Assembly (NCBI GenBank): GCA_964529985.1 | Contig: CAZGYL010000002.1 | Location: forward strand, 1 to 32,355 | Length of the DNA: 32,355 nt | Reading direction: 5' to 3' | From: an uncultured Planctomycetia bacterium | GTDB taxonomy: Bacteria > Planctomycetota > UBA8108 > UBA8890 > UBA8898 | Shown here: positions 9,201 through 17,069 of the stretch, piece by piece | How the letters are laid out: each line of letters begins with the position of its first letter | Numbering within the stretch: position 1 is the first letter of the stretch | Position numbers and translations under genes: made by a program | Notes under the pieces: generated by a model | Told to the model about the DNA's origin: nothing | The model's database searches: none | What the model saw: only the letters and a program-made list of their open reading frames with translations

Positions 9201-10190
9201 TTCGGCCCGGGGCACGGCTGTGTTGTTGAGGACGGGACAGGAGCGCTTTGGTTCGTGTATCACCAAAAGCGATCAAGCCTTCGCAAATGGGATCGATTTA
9301 TTTGTATGGACAGGCTTTTCTTAAGCTCCCGAGGAAAGCTCACAGGCACTGCAACGCGAGGGAAGGATCTCCCGGCCCCGATTCCTCACGCGCAGACTGT
9401 GCGAAACCGCAGCTTGGCTGTAAGGTTCGATGCCGCAAGCCGCCGCCTTGGTTTCGAGCAGCTTTCGGCAGGTGTTAGGTGGTGTGAAACCGTCGGTGCC
9501 GCGGAAAGGTCCGGCAAAGAGCTGACCGGTGTGGATCCTTACTCCAAGAGGTTGTCGTTTCGCTTCGTGGGGTGGGCCGAGACCCCGTCCGGGGTTCAGA
9601 CCGAACTGCCGGTTTCAATGACAGTGCTGCTTGATCACCAAGATCCCGTTGTCACCCTGCGCCTGGAGGCTCAAGGCGCGCCGGCAGGTACTGTTGTTTC
9701 CTATCCTTTCCTATTTGGAAGTATGGAAGGCGGGACCGTGGTACTTCCAAGTTGCGAGCCGGAGGTTCACCGGACTGAAGCACCGCTCCAAAAGTTGCGC
9801 TTTGTGGAAGGAGCATGGCGGTACCTTCCCTGTTTCGGTTTAATCGCGCGCCGCGGCGCCGCGGCTTTGCTTGTCGTGCTCGAGACGGCGGGAGGTCAGG
9901 CAAAGCTCAACCGGCGTAAGGACGGTGCGGCGGTGGGAGTTTCTTGGCGCATCGAAGCTCAAAAACCCTTCGTTCTAAAGCTTTTCTTTGAAGAAAAAGG
10001 AGGACTTGCCGCTTTACGGGAGAGGTTCCGCAGGTGGTTCGCCCGGTATCAGGCGCCGCAGTTTCTCAGGGATCTTGCGCGGGGGGATCCTTCCGTGCGG
10101 AAGCTTGCTGCAAAGAGGTGGGAATGGTTTTTTGCCCCCGGTCAGGTGCGGCCTCCCGATTTTCCGGACCGACGTGAAAAGCGCCCGTAG
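6219..10190 (+). CDS. Secreted tri-partite fusion: penicillin-acylase-family Ntn hydrolase (about 6219-8537), GH43 five-bladed propeller (about 8541-9370) and an unassigned C-terminal domain (about 9371-10187)
   Basis: Acylase part: LLLRDRWGIPHVFAQTDEGAFYGLGYATARDRAFQM, the putative beta-chain nucleophile block SHAWVVGGLRSDSGAAVLVSDPQ, and GVPGSPFILIGFNPYVAWGVTALGADQADLF. GH43 part: ADPTVIFYKGTYYLYAT, HVWAPDI, GLFYLYYT, IDAHFFRDTDGTLYLYY, TEGPWLL, YYLLYSG. Start placed at GTG 6219 with GGAGG (6207-6211) 7 nt upstream, giving a short hydrophobic N-terminus; TTG 6168 is the maximal ORF start. Confidence 0.85.
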   Translation: MHITLLLCSFWSSTPTAEPVLLLRDRWGIPHVFAQTDEGAFYGLGYATARDRAFQMIYSLRIVQGRLAETVGLVRNNRRRMTSIDSDKRYRTFGFFRAAQRCARNLDAKNLRLLQAYCEGVNAYLFDPQSELHPLFEELGVEIERWTPAACIATFWYIGQFFARDGTRELIARRQRASGRRARSRPARDEEAAVVKREDVSESWIKELVKYAREHGLPARSQGADSPRFSHAWVVGGLRSDSGAAVLVSDPQTLVRNPSLWYEFHIKGATFNTRGIGVPGSPFILIGFNPYVAWGVTALGADQADLFILKGSGSESYRFNGVWVPVVRHQELISVKGARPVPFVVRETHLGPIATALCFARPGEGPVALKRIPICETDRDTIQALLPMIQAQSAEAFEKALAKWRFPSVNILFGDKRGGIGYKALCAVPVRSRRDRSQGAVAHPARDDADDWQEILPFHLLPTVRNPAGGVLFSANHRPVESWYPIPLGVMTGGGGDTVRSWRLRELSSGKKTFAPCEVLSVHFDSVNPARRTIVQAALYLRDRKEGRLSGETLKALEVLEPWYRNGARSDLRYPGAALALEINTFFRASRTPLALKYGGGETGLVFFLKQVQRRLESSKQAEFTPQEVRFFDDCLASAWRSALRKYGSDPGNWNERALRAIASRKMGAFEALHGFPSLNKSLDKNLPDLYRVDPGTIACQTSQSYTQWVPLDDPDKALSVCPPGQSESPRSRFRFSTYDLWAKGELHPAPLSRKTVEKYVVERTLLRFREPPTYRNPIIERRLADPTVIFYKGTYYLYATNDVDGDRGYRAYLSKDLVHWKRGPVVFKPGRPHVWAPDINRDPQTGLFYLYYTADRTVGVAKASSPLGPFRIVRDLVRGAIDAHFFRDTDGTLYLYYVKLPGFRITVQPMASPVEPEGEARVLLQPESPWEIRNGRVTEGPWLLARRGLYYLLYSGSGADTPDYAVGYAVSRSPMGPFVRAEHNPVLHRSEGVFGPGHGCVVEDGTGALWFVYHQKRSSLRKWDRFICMDRLFLSSRGKLTGTATRGKDLPAPIPHAQTVRNRSLAVRFDAASRRLGFEQLSAGVRWCETVGAAERSGKELTGVDPYSKRLSFRFVGWAETPSGVQTELPVSMTVLLDHQDPVVTLRLEAQGAPAGTVVSYPFLFGSMEGGTVVLPSCEPEVHRTEAPLQKLRFVEGAWRYLPCFGLIARRGAAALLVVLETAGGQAKLNRRKDGAAVGVSWRIEAQKPFVLKLFFEEKGGLAALRERFRRWFARYQAPQFLRDLARGDPSVRKLAAKRWEWFFAPGQVRPPDFPDRREKRP

Positions 10191-10204
10191 CGGTATGCCG
10201 CCTC

Positions 10205-10233
10205 TTGACGATTCCTGCCGCTGCCGCGATAGT
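10205..10233 (+). promoter_or_regulatory. Candidate sigma70-type promoter for the Gfo/Idh/MocA gene
   Basis: TTGACG (10205-10210), a 17-nt spacer, then GATAGT (10228-10233), about 60 nt upstream of ATG 10296. Pattern match only. Confidence 0.25.
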
Positions 10234-10295
10234 GGGCGCGTGGGACCGGAGGCCGAGGAACCCGGAGTCTGAGCCTGCCACAGGAGGAAAGCACA

Positions 10296-11411
10296 ATGGG
10301 TAGGGAACCGGTAAAAGTCGCGATCATAGGCCTTGGTTTTGGCGCGGAGTTCATTCCTATTTACCAGAAGCACCCGCAGGCGGTCATGTATGCGATTTGC
10401 CGGCGGAACGAGTCCGAGCTCAATCGCCTTGGAGACGCCTTCGGGGTTGAGAAGCGGTACACGAAGTATGAGGACGTTCTGGCGGATCCGGAGGTTGATT
10501 TCGTTCACATCAACACGCCGATTCCGGATCACGCATGGATGTCGCTTGAGGCGTTGAAAGCCGGAAAGCATGTCATGTGCACGGTGCCGATGGCCACTAC
10601 GATCGAAGACTGCGAAAAAATTGTAGACATGGTCAGGGAAACCGGTCTCAAATACATGATGGCCGAAACCGTGGTGTACAGCCGCGAGTTTCTCTTCGTG
10701 AAAGAGCTTTACGAAAAAGGCGAGTTGGGCAAGATCCAATACATGGAGGCTTCACACACGCAGGATATGGAGGGGTGGCCGGAATACTGGGAGCGAATGA
10801 TTCCCATGCACTATGCAACTCATGTTGTGAGCCCGGTCCTGGGGCTTGTCAAGGGGCGGGCAGAATATGTTTCCTGTTTCGGTTCCGGTACCGTGAACGC
10901 AAGGATCGCGCGCAAATCGGGTAATCGGTTCGCGATCGAGACGTGTCACATAAAGATCCGTAACTCGGACCTTGCGGCTCATATTTGGAGGTTTCTCTAT
11001 GATACCGCAAGGCAGTACCGCGAAAGTTTCAACGTGTACGGAACGAAGAAAAGCTTCGAGTGGGCGCTCATTGAGGGGGAGAAACACGTAATTCACACGG
11101 CGAAGCGGCCTGAGAAGGAAATCCCGGAAAGGGTGGAGGTGCCGGATTACGCCCACCTTCTTCCCGAACCGATCCGGCCTTTTACAAGGACGATACAGGA
11201 CGCCGAACACCTTTCGTTTATTCAAGGCGGAGGCCACGGAGGCTCCCACCCGCATCTGGTTCACCAATTCGTCTCCGCTTTGGTCGAGGATCGCGATCCT
11301 TGGCCTGACGCCGTTACAAGTGCGAATTGGACGTGCGTCGGTCTCTGCGCCCACCAGTCCGCCTTGAAAGGAGGAGACCGGGTGAATCTTCCCGAGTTCA
11401 CGCTCACCTGA
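10296..11411 (+). CDS. Gfo/Idh/MocA family NAD(P)-dependent oxidoreductase
   Basis: N-terminal Rossmann motif VKVAIIGLGFGAEF, followed by DFVHINTPIPDHAWMSLEALKAGKHVMCTVPMA (family-typical EKP-like block). AGGAGG (10282-10287) lies 8 nt upstream of the ATG. Confidence 0.9.
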   Translation: MGREPVKVAIIGLGFGAEFIPIYQKHPQAVMYAICRRNESELNRLGDAFGVEKRYTKYEDVLADPEVDFVHINTPIPDHAWMSLEALKAGKHVMCTVPMATTIEDCEKIVDMVRETGLKYMMAETVVYSREFLFVKELYEKGELGKIQYMEASHTQDMEGWPEYWERMIPMHYATHVVSPVLGLVKGRAEYVSCFGSGTVNARIARKSGNRFAIETCHIKIRNSDLAAHIWRFLYDTARQYRESFNVYGTKKSFEWALIEGEKHVIHTAKRPEKEIPERVEVPDYAHLLPEPIRPFTRTIQDAEHLSFIQGGGHGGSHPHLVHQFVSALVEDRDPWPDAVTSANWTCVGLCAHQSALKGGDRVNLPEFTLT

Positions 11412-11648
11412 CGTGAGGTGCGTTCGGCAGCTGGAGCCCGGCGGCGTGCACCGAGAGCTCCTGCAGGTGCGTAGCCCCAGCCCATGACCGCGTACGGCCG
11501 GTAACGCCGCTTCGGCTTCCGAACGAAACTCCTTTCGCGGCTTTTTGCCGGAACAGGTATGATGCCGGAAGTGAGCCACCGAAGACCTGACCCGTTACAC
11601 CTCCCCGGAGGGAATCCGGCGGGCTCGGTTTTGTGTGCTGCAGTCAGG

Positions 11649-14600
11649 TCAGAGCGAAGCCTCGCAGCCCAGGTCTCCGTCGGGAGCTTGCGGATCCACT
11701 GTGGCGTCGACTCCCGGGTCGGGGTACGGTGGCAGCGGCGGCGGTCCGTGTCTGAACCTGAAATCGACCAACCAGATCGCATCGCTTAGATCGACCCTGC
11801 CGTCATCGTTTGCGTCCGCTGCGTCCATGCAAGGCGGCGGCGGTCCGTCCCTGAAGAGGTAGCTGAAGACCCAGATTGCATCAGCCACATCAACACGGCC
11901 ATCATGGTTCGCATCGCCGCGCACAAGCTTAGGCGGGATGATTTCAGCTTCACAGGGCTCTGAGGCTGCTGTGCTGGGACCAATCGAGGCTATCGCCCTG
12001 TAGGTGTAAGTCCCGGGCGGTACCCTCTCGTTGACGTAGGAAGTCGCGTTACCGGGTAGAGGCCCGAAGTAATCGGTACCCTCCGGACCCTCTCTTTCGA
12101 TAACTATCGAGTCATAAGTCCCAGCAAGGCTCCAGGTTAAGGTCACCCGTCCTTCCAAACCAATGACAACAGCCGCGCAAATGAAATCGGCGGGCGGGGA
12201 GACAACCTCCACCTCGCAGTATGCAGGCGGCGTCACTCCACTGGTTTCACTTTCTGCATACAACAGGTACTGGTGGGTTCCAGCAGGAACCCCCTCGTCC
12301 TTCCACTCGGTCACAGTGCCTTCAAGCACCGCAACCTCAACGGCATCACGATACACATGGATCGTCTGATACTGCCAGCTGTTTGTCCAGGCCAGCGTAA
12401 CGGTGTCGTCATGAGCTTCGCAGTTGACAAGCACAGGCGGCGGAAGAACTTCGACTTGACAAACAGCCGCTGCACTGACGCTGCCAAGGGCGAAGCCGAT
12501 CACCTCATATGTCCACGTGGCCGGTGTGGGGAGCTGATCCACGTAGCTTGTGGTGGATCCGTCAAGGCCCTGCGCAATAACTTCACCGTTGCGGCGCACC
12601 GTGATCGAGTCGTAAACCATGGGGTTCGTCCAGCTCAAGCGCACCTCATTTGCAATCGGTTCTATCGCGCAGGCAAGTTCACCCGGAGCCGGTATGACGT
12701 TGACTGTGCAAGCGGCGGGGCCGCTCAGGCTTTCACCGATTCGGCCGCGCACTTCGTAGTTGTACGCACCCGGCTCCAGATCACTGTCGGTGTACTCGCT
12801 TACATCGCCGGCAAGACCCTCTTCAATCACCGTACCGTTTCTTGTGATCTGAATGCTGTCGTAGGCGTCGGTATCAGTCCACCTCAGGTGAACGGTCGTG
12901 CCTTCAGCGCTGCAGACAAGGTCGACCGGCGGCCGAGGAATCGTAAGAGTGCACTGAACCGCAGGCGCGCTGCTGGGGTCTACGATTCCTATAACTTCGT
13001 ATGTGTAGGTGGTTCCGGGTTCAACGTCCGTGTCGCGGTGCGTGGTGGTTGTTCCCGGAAGCTGAACAAGTTCTTCACCGTTTCTCAGGATCACGATCGA
13101 ATCGTAAACCTCAGGCAGGCTCCAGCTCAAGGTAACGCCTGTTTCATCAGCAAGACAATGCAATTCGGCAAGCGGCTGTGGAGCATGCACGCTGCAGGAA
13201 GCTGGATCGGAAAGACTTGAACCCGCTTTGGCCACGATTTCGTACTCGTAGTCGCCCGGTCCGAGCGGTCCGTCCTCATAGCCTGTCTGATCGCCGGGCA
13301 AAGCGGCGACAAGCTCGCCGTTGCGATACAGCTTGAGTTCCTGGTAACCGGCCGGCACGGTCCAAGTGATACTTACGGTTCCAGCTCGGCTTGAGCAAGA
13401 CAGATCGCCCGGGGGCGCAATCGTGGAGATCGTACAGGAAGCAAGCTCGCTTATTGCAGCTCCTTGAACGGTCCGCACTCCGTACTCATACGTACCGGGA
13501 ACGCTGACCGTCTCCTCGAAAGTCGTAGCATCACCGGGAAGCTGGGCTACAACCTGGCCGTCCCGCAACACTTCGACTCCGGCTGCCGGCCCGGGCAAAG
13601 TCCAACTCAAGCGCACGGTCGCACCTACGGTCTCACACGCCAGATTTTCCGGAGGCAACGGAAGCGAAATCGAACAGGCGGCAGGTGCACTCAAGTTGCC
13701 GTCGATCACTCCGACCACTTCGTACTCGTAGGTTTGACCTGCTTGTGCGGTTTGGTCCAGATACTGCGTTGCATCACCGGGAAGCGAGGCCAGCACCTCT
13801 CCGTTTCGAAGAACCTTCACTTCGCTGTAAGCGTCGCCGTTTTGCCATGTGAGGGTGACTTGAGGCCCTTCAGCGCTGCGGGCAAGATCAAAAGGAGCGC
13901 CCGGCGCCACAACCTCACAGTCCACCGCCGCGCTTATCGATGTCCCGAAGCTCGCCACAATCTCGTAACGGTGGGTTCCCACTTCAACACCTGAGTCCAT
14001 GTACTGCGTTGTGTCACCCGCCAACTGGGCGACCAACCCGCCGTCGCGGTAAAGAGCGATACTTTCGTAAGTGGCGGTATTGGTCCATTGCAACGTCACG
14101 GTATCGGCCACAGCGCTGCATGTTAAGTCGGCAGGCGGAGTCAAAACAACGATCTCGCATGCTGCAACCGCGCTTGCAGAGCCTTCCACCTCTCCGAACA
14201 GTTCGTAGGTATGAGTTCCGGGCGGCACATCTTGATCTTGATAAGCGGTGGTTCCACCCGGAAGTCGCGCCAACTCCTGGCCGTCTCTGAGAAGAACGAT
14301 TGTCTCGTACAACTCCCCGTTCTCCCAAACGAGGCTCACCACGGTCGCTTCGGCTGAGCAGGCCAGATTGGAAGGTGGCACCAAAATCTTCAGTATGCAG
14401 ACAACAGGGTCGGAGAGGTTCCCGTCCTTTTCTCCCGCAACCTCAATGCGATAGCTGCCCGCTGCAAGCCCTTCAACAATGTACTCGGTTGTATCTCCGC
14501 TGACTACGATGTCGCCCAGTCCGGGAACGAGAATATGAACCGCATCGTACTGAACGGGCGAAGACCAGCTGATTGTTGCATTTTCTCCCGAAGCCGTGCA

Positions 14601-16907
14601 CGAAAGGTTCTCAGGAGGAGCAACAACAAGTACGGTGCAGCTTGTTGTATCCGAGAAGTTGTCGCCTATGATCCCGCGTACTTCATATGTATGCTCTCCG
14701 GGCGGGACTCCCGTCTCGGTGAATGTGCCCAAACCTCCCGGGAAAACCGCAAGCAGATTTCCGTCCCTTGTGATTTCCACTTTCTCGTAAGGATCCGGTT
14801 CGTTCCACCGCAGTGTTACAGTACTGCCGGTAACCTCGCAAACCAGATCGCTCGGAGGCTGGACCACAACCACCGCACAAGAAGCAGAGACACTTTCATA
14901 CGGATCAATTCCCGTCCAAACTTCGTATGTGTGAGGGCCGAAAGGCACGCCCTGATCTTCGTAGCTTGTAGCTGTGCCCGGAAGCTCGGCCATGACATCA
15001 CCGTCACGCGCAACCACAACGCCTCCGACGCTTCCCGTCAGGCTCCATGTGAGAGTTACGGTTTGACCCCGGGCCGCGCAGCTCAGAGAAGCGGGCGGGG
15101 GAACTTGAATCCTTATCTCGCAGGAGACGCTTCCGGTGGTAACTCCGTCTGATTTGCCTCGAACTTCATAGGTGTGCGGCCCGACAGGGACCTGAGTGTC
15201 GGTGTAGGTGGTTGCGTCTCCGGAAAGTTGCGCAAGCAGTTCGCCGTCACGCAGGATCTCAACAGAATCATAGTTGTAAGGATTGCTCCAAGTAAGTTTC
15301 ACAGTATCTTCCTCAGGAGCGCAGACCAGGTCGGTCGGCCGAGGGATCGACTCCCCGGTAAATACGCTTACCTGGCCGGCGCAAGGTCCGCCCAGAAGAC
15401 TTTGGAGCGGAGCACCCGCGGCAACGTCGCTTCCTTCGTTTCCACTGTGGTCGCCCAGGCCTGCAACGGATGAAGCGAAACGGGCTCTTGACCTTTTAGC
15501 TTGAATGCGGATTCCGTAGTCAGGCCATTGGTGGAGGCTGAGCATCACGGGCCAGTCGGGGCGACCGAAAAGGATATAGAGCGCTCCGGCGTTGGGGAAC
15601 GAGGCCGGGGTAGCCCTCGGAGCTCCTACAGCAAAGTCATCCTTGCCGTCGGCATTGAAGTCACCGATTGCAGCAACAGCCGCTCCCGTGCGCCACCAAT
15701 CGTTCTCACCTTCTATTACGACACCGAAGGAGGCCATATCGAAGAAGGTTATGGTTTCAGGATAACTGTCGGCTCCGAAGACCAGATATACGCGCCCGCG
15801 CTCGCGGCCGTGCGAATATTGTATAAAGCTCCTGGAGTAAGGCGCTCCTGCAATAAGGTCAGGCCGTCCGTCGGCGTTTACATCACCGCCTGCAACCGAC
15901 CAACCCAGCCGCTCTTCAATCGAACCTGCAGCAAGACGAAAACCCGCACCGTTCAATGGAGCCCGGGCATCGATTACAGGAGGAAGGTTCGGCGAGCCGA
16001 AAAGAACAAGCACCCGGCCGCCGTTGACAAAACCACCCGGATCCTCAAAAGGAGCTCCTATCGCAATATCCGGAGAACCATCACCGTTAAGGTCCCCTAC
16101 TCCTGCAACCGACCATCCCAGCCGGCCGTAAGCTTCGCCTCCTTTAATGGTGACATCAGCGTCTTTTTCCAAGTCAAGCACTGCGGGTCTGCCGGGCCGC
16201 CCGTAGATTATGTAAGCTTTTCCGGCTTGGACTTTGTCCCCTCTTTGAGCTCTGGGAGCTCCTACGAGTAAATCTGCAAGCCCGTCGCCGTTTATGTCGC
16301 CTGCTCCTGCAACAGCAAATCCCGCGTTTTCGGCAGGTCCCGCTCCTACTACTCTGGTTGCAGAGAGAGAGTCTATGTCAATGGACTGCGGCCACGAATC
16401 CGTGCCGTAGATTATTTGCACCGCGCCGGTGAAAGCGACTCCGTCGTCGTTGTCTCCGTCGATGTGGCCGGGAGCACCCGGTAGGCCGACGGCTATATCC
16501 GGGGAGCCGTCACCGTCGAAGTCCCCGATACCGGCCACCGAAGTGCCGAGGAAAGCTCCGGGCACGCTGGTTGATATCTCGGTGTAGGGACCGAAGCCCG
16601 GAGGAACCTGCGTTGTTCCCGTGATTCCCGGTTTGCCGAAAAGAACGAAAGCACGACCTGCCTTGGGAGCGGTTGCACAAGAGTCGGGAGCACCGACAAG
16701 AAGGTCTCCCAACCCGTCGCCGTTCAGGTCACCGGCAGAGCCCAAAGAAGTGCCGAACCTCGCCTCACCCTCGGTTCCTTCATAGATAATGTCTCCCGGT
16801 ACGGAGCCCGGTCCGGTCGCACAGTCGTCATTAGCCCGCGCAGGACTGTGGCACACAAACAGAAGAACCAAAACCAATAAGACTAGGACTGACCATCGAG
16901 TGACCAT
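11649..16907 (-). CDS. Giant secreted protein: signal peptide, 7-bladed FG-GAP (integrin-alpha-like) propeller, 14 Ig/FN3-like repeats and a dockerin-like C-terminal module
   Basis: Seven FG-GAP calcium-loop repeats are present (GDLNGDGLGDLLVGAP, GDFDGDGSPDIAVGLP, GDINGDGLADLLVGAP, GDLNGDGSPDIAIGAP, GDVNADGRPDLIAGAP, GDFNADGKDDFAVGAP, GDHSGNEGSDVAAGAP). Fourteen tandem repeats follow, and the tail reads GDANHDGRVDVAD...DANDDGRVDLSD. Start placed at ATG 16907 (MVTRWSVLVLLVLVLLFV...) with GGGAGGAGG (16910-16918) just upstream; GTG 16937 is the maximal ORF start. Confidence 0.9.
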   Translation of the reverse strand: MVTRWSVLVLLVLVLLFVCHSPARANDDCATGPGSVPGDIIYEGTEGEARFGTSLGSAGDLNGDGLGDLLVGAPDSCATAPKAGRAFVLFGKPGITGTTQVPPGFGPYTEISTSVPGAFLGTSVAGIGDFDGDGSPDIAVGLPGAPGHIDGDNDDGVAFTGAVQIIYGTDSWPQSIDIDSLSATRVVGAGPAENAGFAVAGAGDINGDGLADLLVGAPRAQRGDKVQAGKAYIIYGRPGRPAVLDLEKDADVTIKGGEAYGRLGWSVAGVGDLNGDGSPDIAIGAPFEDPGGFVNGGRVLVLFGSPNLPPVIDARAPLNGAGFRLAAGSIEERLGWSVAGGDVNADGRPDLIAGAPYSRSFIQYSHGRERGRVYLVFGADSYPETITFFDMASFGVVIEGENDWWRTGAAVAAIGDFNADGKDDFAVGAPRATPASFPNAGALYILFGRPDWPVMLSLHQWPDYGIRIQAKRSRARFASSVAGLGDHSGNEGSDVAAGAPLQSLLGGPCAGQVSVFTGESIPRPTDLVCAPEEDTVKLTWSNPYNYDSVEILRDGELLAQLSGDATTYTDTQVPVGPHTYEVRGKSDGVTTGSVSCEIRIQVPPPASLSCAARGQTVTLTWSLTGSVGGVVVARDGDVMAELPGTATSYEDQGVPFGPHTYEVWTGIDPYESVSASCAVVVVQPPSDLVCEVTGSTVTLRWNEPDPYEKVEITRDGNLLAVFPGGLGTFTETGVPPGEHTYEVRGIIGDNFSDTTSCTVLVVAPPENLSCTASGENATISWSSPVQYDAVHILVPGLGDIVVSGDTTEYIVEGLAAGSYRIEVAGEKDGNLSDPVVCILKILVPPSNLACSAEATVVSLVWENGELYETIVLLRDGQELARLPGGTTAYQDQDVPPGTHTYELFGEVEGSASAVAACEIVVLTPPADLTCSAVADTVTLQWTNTATYESIALYRDGGLVAQLAGDTTQYMDSGVEVGTHRYEIVASFGTSISAAVDCEVVAPGAPFDLARSAEGPQVTLTWQNGDAYSEVKVLRNGEVLASLPGDATQYLDQTAQAGQTYEYEVVGVIDGNLSAPAACSISLPLPPENLACETVGATVRLSWTLPGPAAGVEVLRDGQVVAQLPGDATTFEETVSVPGTYEYGVRTVQGAAISELASCTISTIAPPGDLSCSSRAGTVSITWTVPAGYQELKLYRNGELVAALPGDQTGYEDGPLGPGDYEYEIVAKAGSSLSDPASCSVHAPQPLAELHCLADETGVTLSWSLPEVYDSIVILRNGEELVQLPGTTTTHRDTDVEPGTTYTYEVIGIVDPSSAPAVQCTLTIPRPPVDLVCSAEGTTVHLRWTDTDAYDSIQITRNGTVIEEGLAGDVSEYTDSDLEPGAYNYEVRGRIGESLSGPAACTVNVIPAPGELACAIEPIANEVRLSWTNPMVYDSITVRRNGEVIAQGLDGSTTSYVDQLPTPATWTYEVIGFALGSVSAAAVCQVEVLPPPVLVNCEAHDDTVTLAWTNSWQYQTIHVYRDAVEVAVLEGTVTEWKDEGVPAGTHQYLLYAESETSGVTPPAYCEVEVVSPPADFICAAVVIGLEGRVTLTWSLAGTYDSIVIEREGPEGTDYFGPLPGNATSYVNERVPPGTYTYRAIASIGPSTAASEPCEAEIIPPKLVRGDANHDGRVDVADAIWVFSYLFRDGPPPPCMDAADANDDGRVDLSDAIWLVDFRFRHGPPPLPPYPDPGVDATVDPQAPDGDLGCEASL
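11652..11927 (-). other. Dockerin-like duplicated calcium-loop/helix module (C-terminus of the FG-GAP protein)
   Basis: RGDANHDGRVDVADAIWVFSYLFRDGPPPPCMDAADANDDGRVDLSDAIWLVDFRFRHGPPPLPPYPDPGVD...GDLGCEASL. It contains two D-x-N-x-D-G-x-x-D-x-x-D loops, each followed by an amphipathic helix. Confidence 0.7.
11928..15335 (-). repeat. 14 tandem coding repeats of about 243 nt (81 aa), Ig/FN3-like, each bracketed by two conserved cysteines
   Basis: The repeat consensus read from the translation is (D/N)L.C...G.TV.L.W.N...Y(D/E).I.(I/V).R(D/N)G..(L/V)A.LPG..T.Y.D..V.PG.H.YEV.........S....C.V.V..PP. There are 14 units from DLVCAPEEDTVKLTW to DFICAAVVIGLEGRVTLTW. The units have diverged at the DNA level (no near-identical copies). 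Confidence 0.8.
15336..16800 (-). other. FG-GAP / VCBS-type seven-bladed beta-propeller region of the 11649-16907 protein
   Basis: Seven evenly spaced copies of x-G-x-S-V-A-G-x-G-D-x-N-G-D-G-x-x-D-(L/I)-x-V-G-A-P lie between the signal peptide and the first Ig-like repeat. Boundaries are approximate. Confidence 0.75.
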
Positions 16908-17069
16908 AACCTCCTCCCATGTTTGGACTTCGACCACCCGTTGTGGGTTTTTACGGGGGTTCGACCCGCTGCCGCCTCAGACCCACAGCCTTGTTGCCTG
17001 TTGGAAACAGAATCCAGTTTAAGCCTTCTTGGCGGGCCGGATCAAGAGCCGCCGGGCCGTGAAGGGGCC

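Noticed and set aside
11584-11650. Possible bidirectional terminator between the convergent oxidoreductase and FG-GAP genes: GACCTGAC ... GTCAGGTC arms enclosing CCGGA-gggaa-TCCGG, followed by GGTTTTG.
   Set aside because: The inner stem is only 5 bp. The U-tract is short and displaced from the stem, and the outer arms are 51 nt apart. This is too weak to report as a feature.
12273-13220. 315-aa plus-strand ORF. Others occur at 13464-13994, 14535-15152 and 15501-16271, all inside the FG-GAP gene region.
   Set aside because: They lie antisense to the 11649-16907 CDS, which has clear FG-GAP, repeat and dockerin periodicity. They have no start context and low-complexity Arg-rich composition.
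11928-15335. Regular ~243-nt periodicity (and ~284-nt periodicity at 24339-26324), considered as a CRISPR array or satellite DNA repeat.
   Set aside because: The periodicity is that of in-frame protein domains (81-aa and ~95-aa units). The units have diverged at the DNA level, and there are no short identical direct repeats separated by unique spacers.
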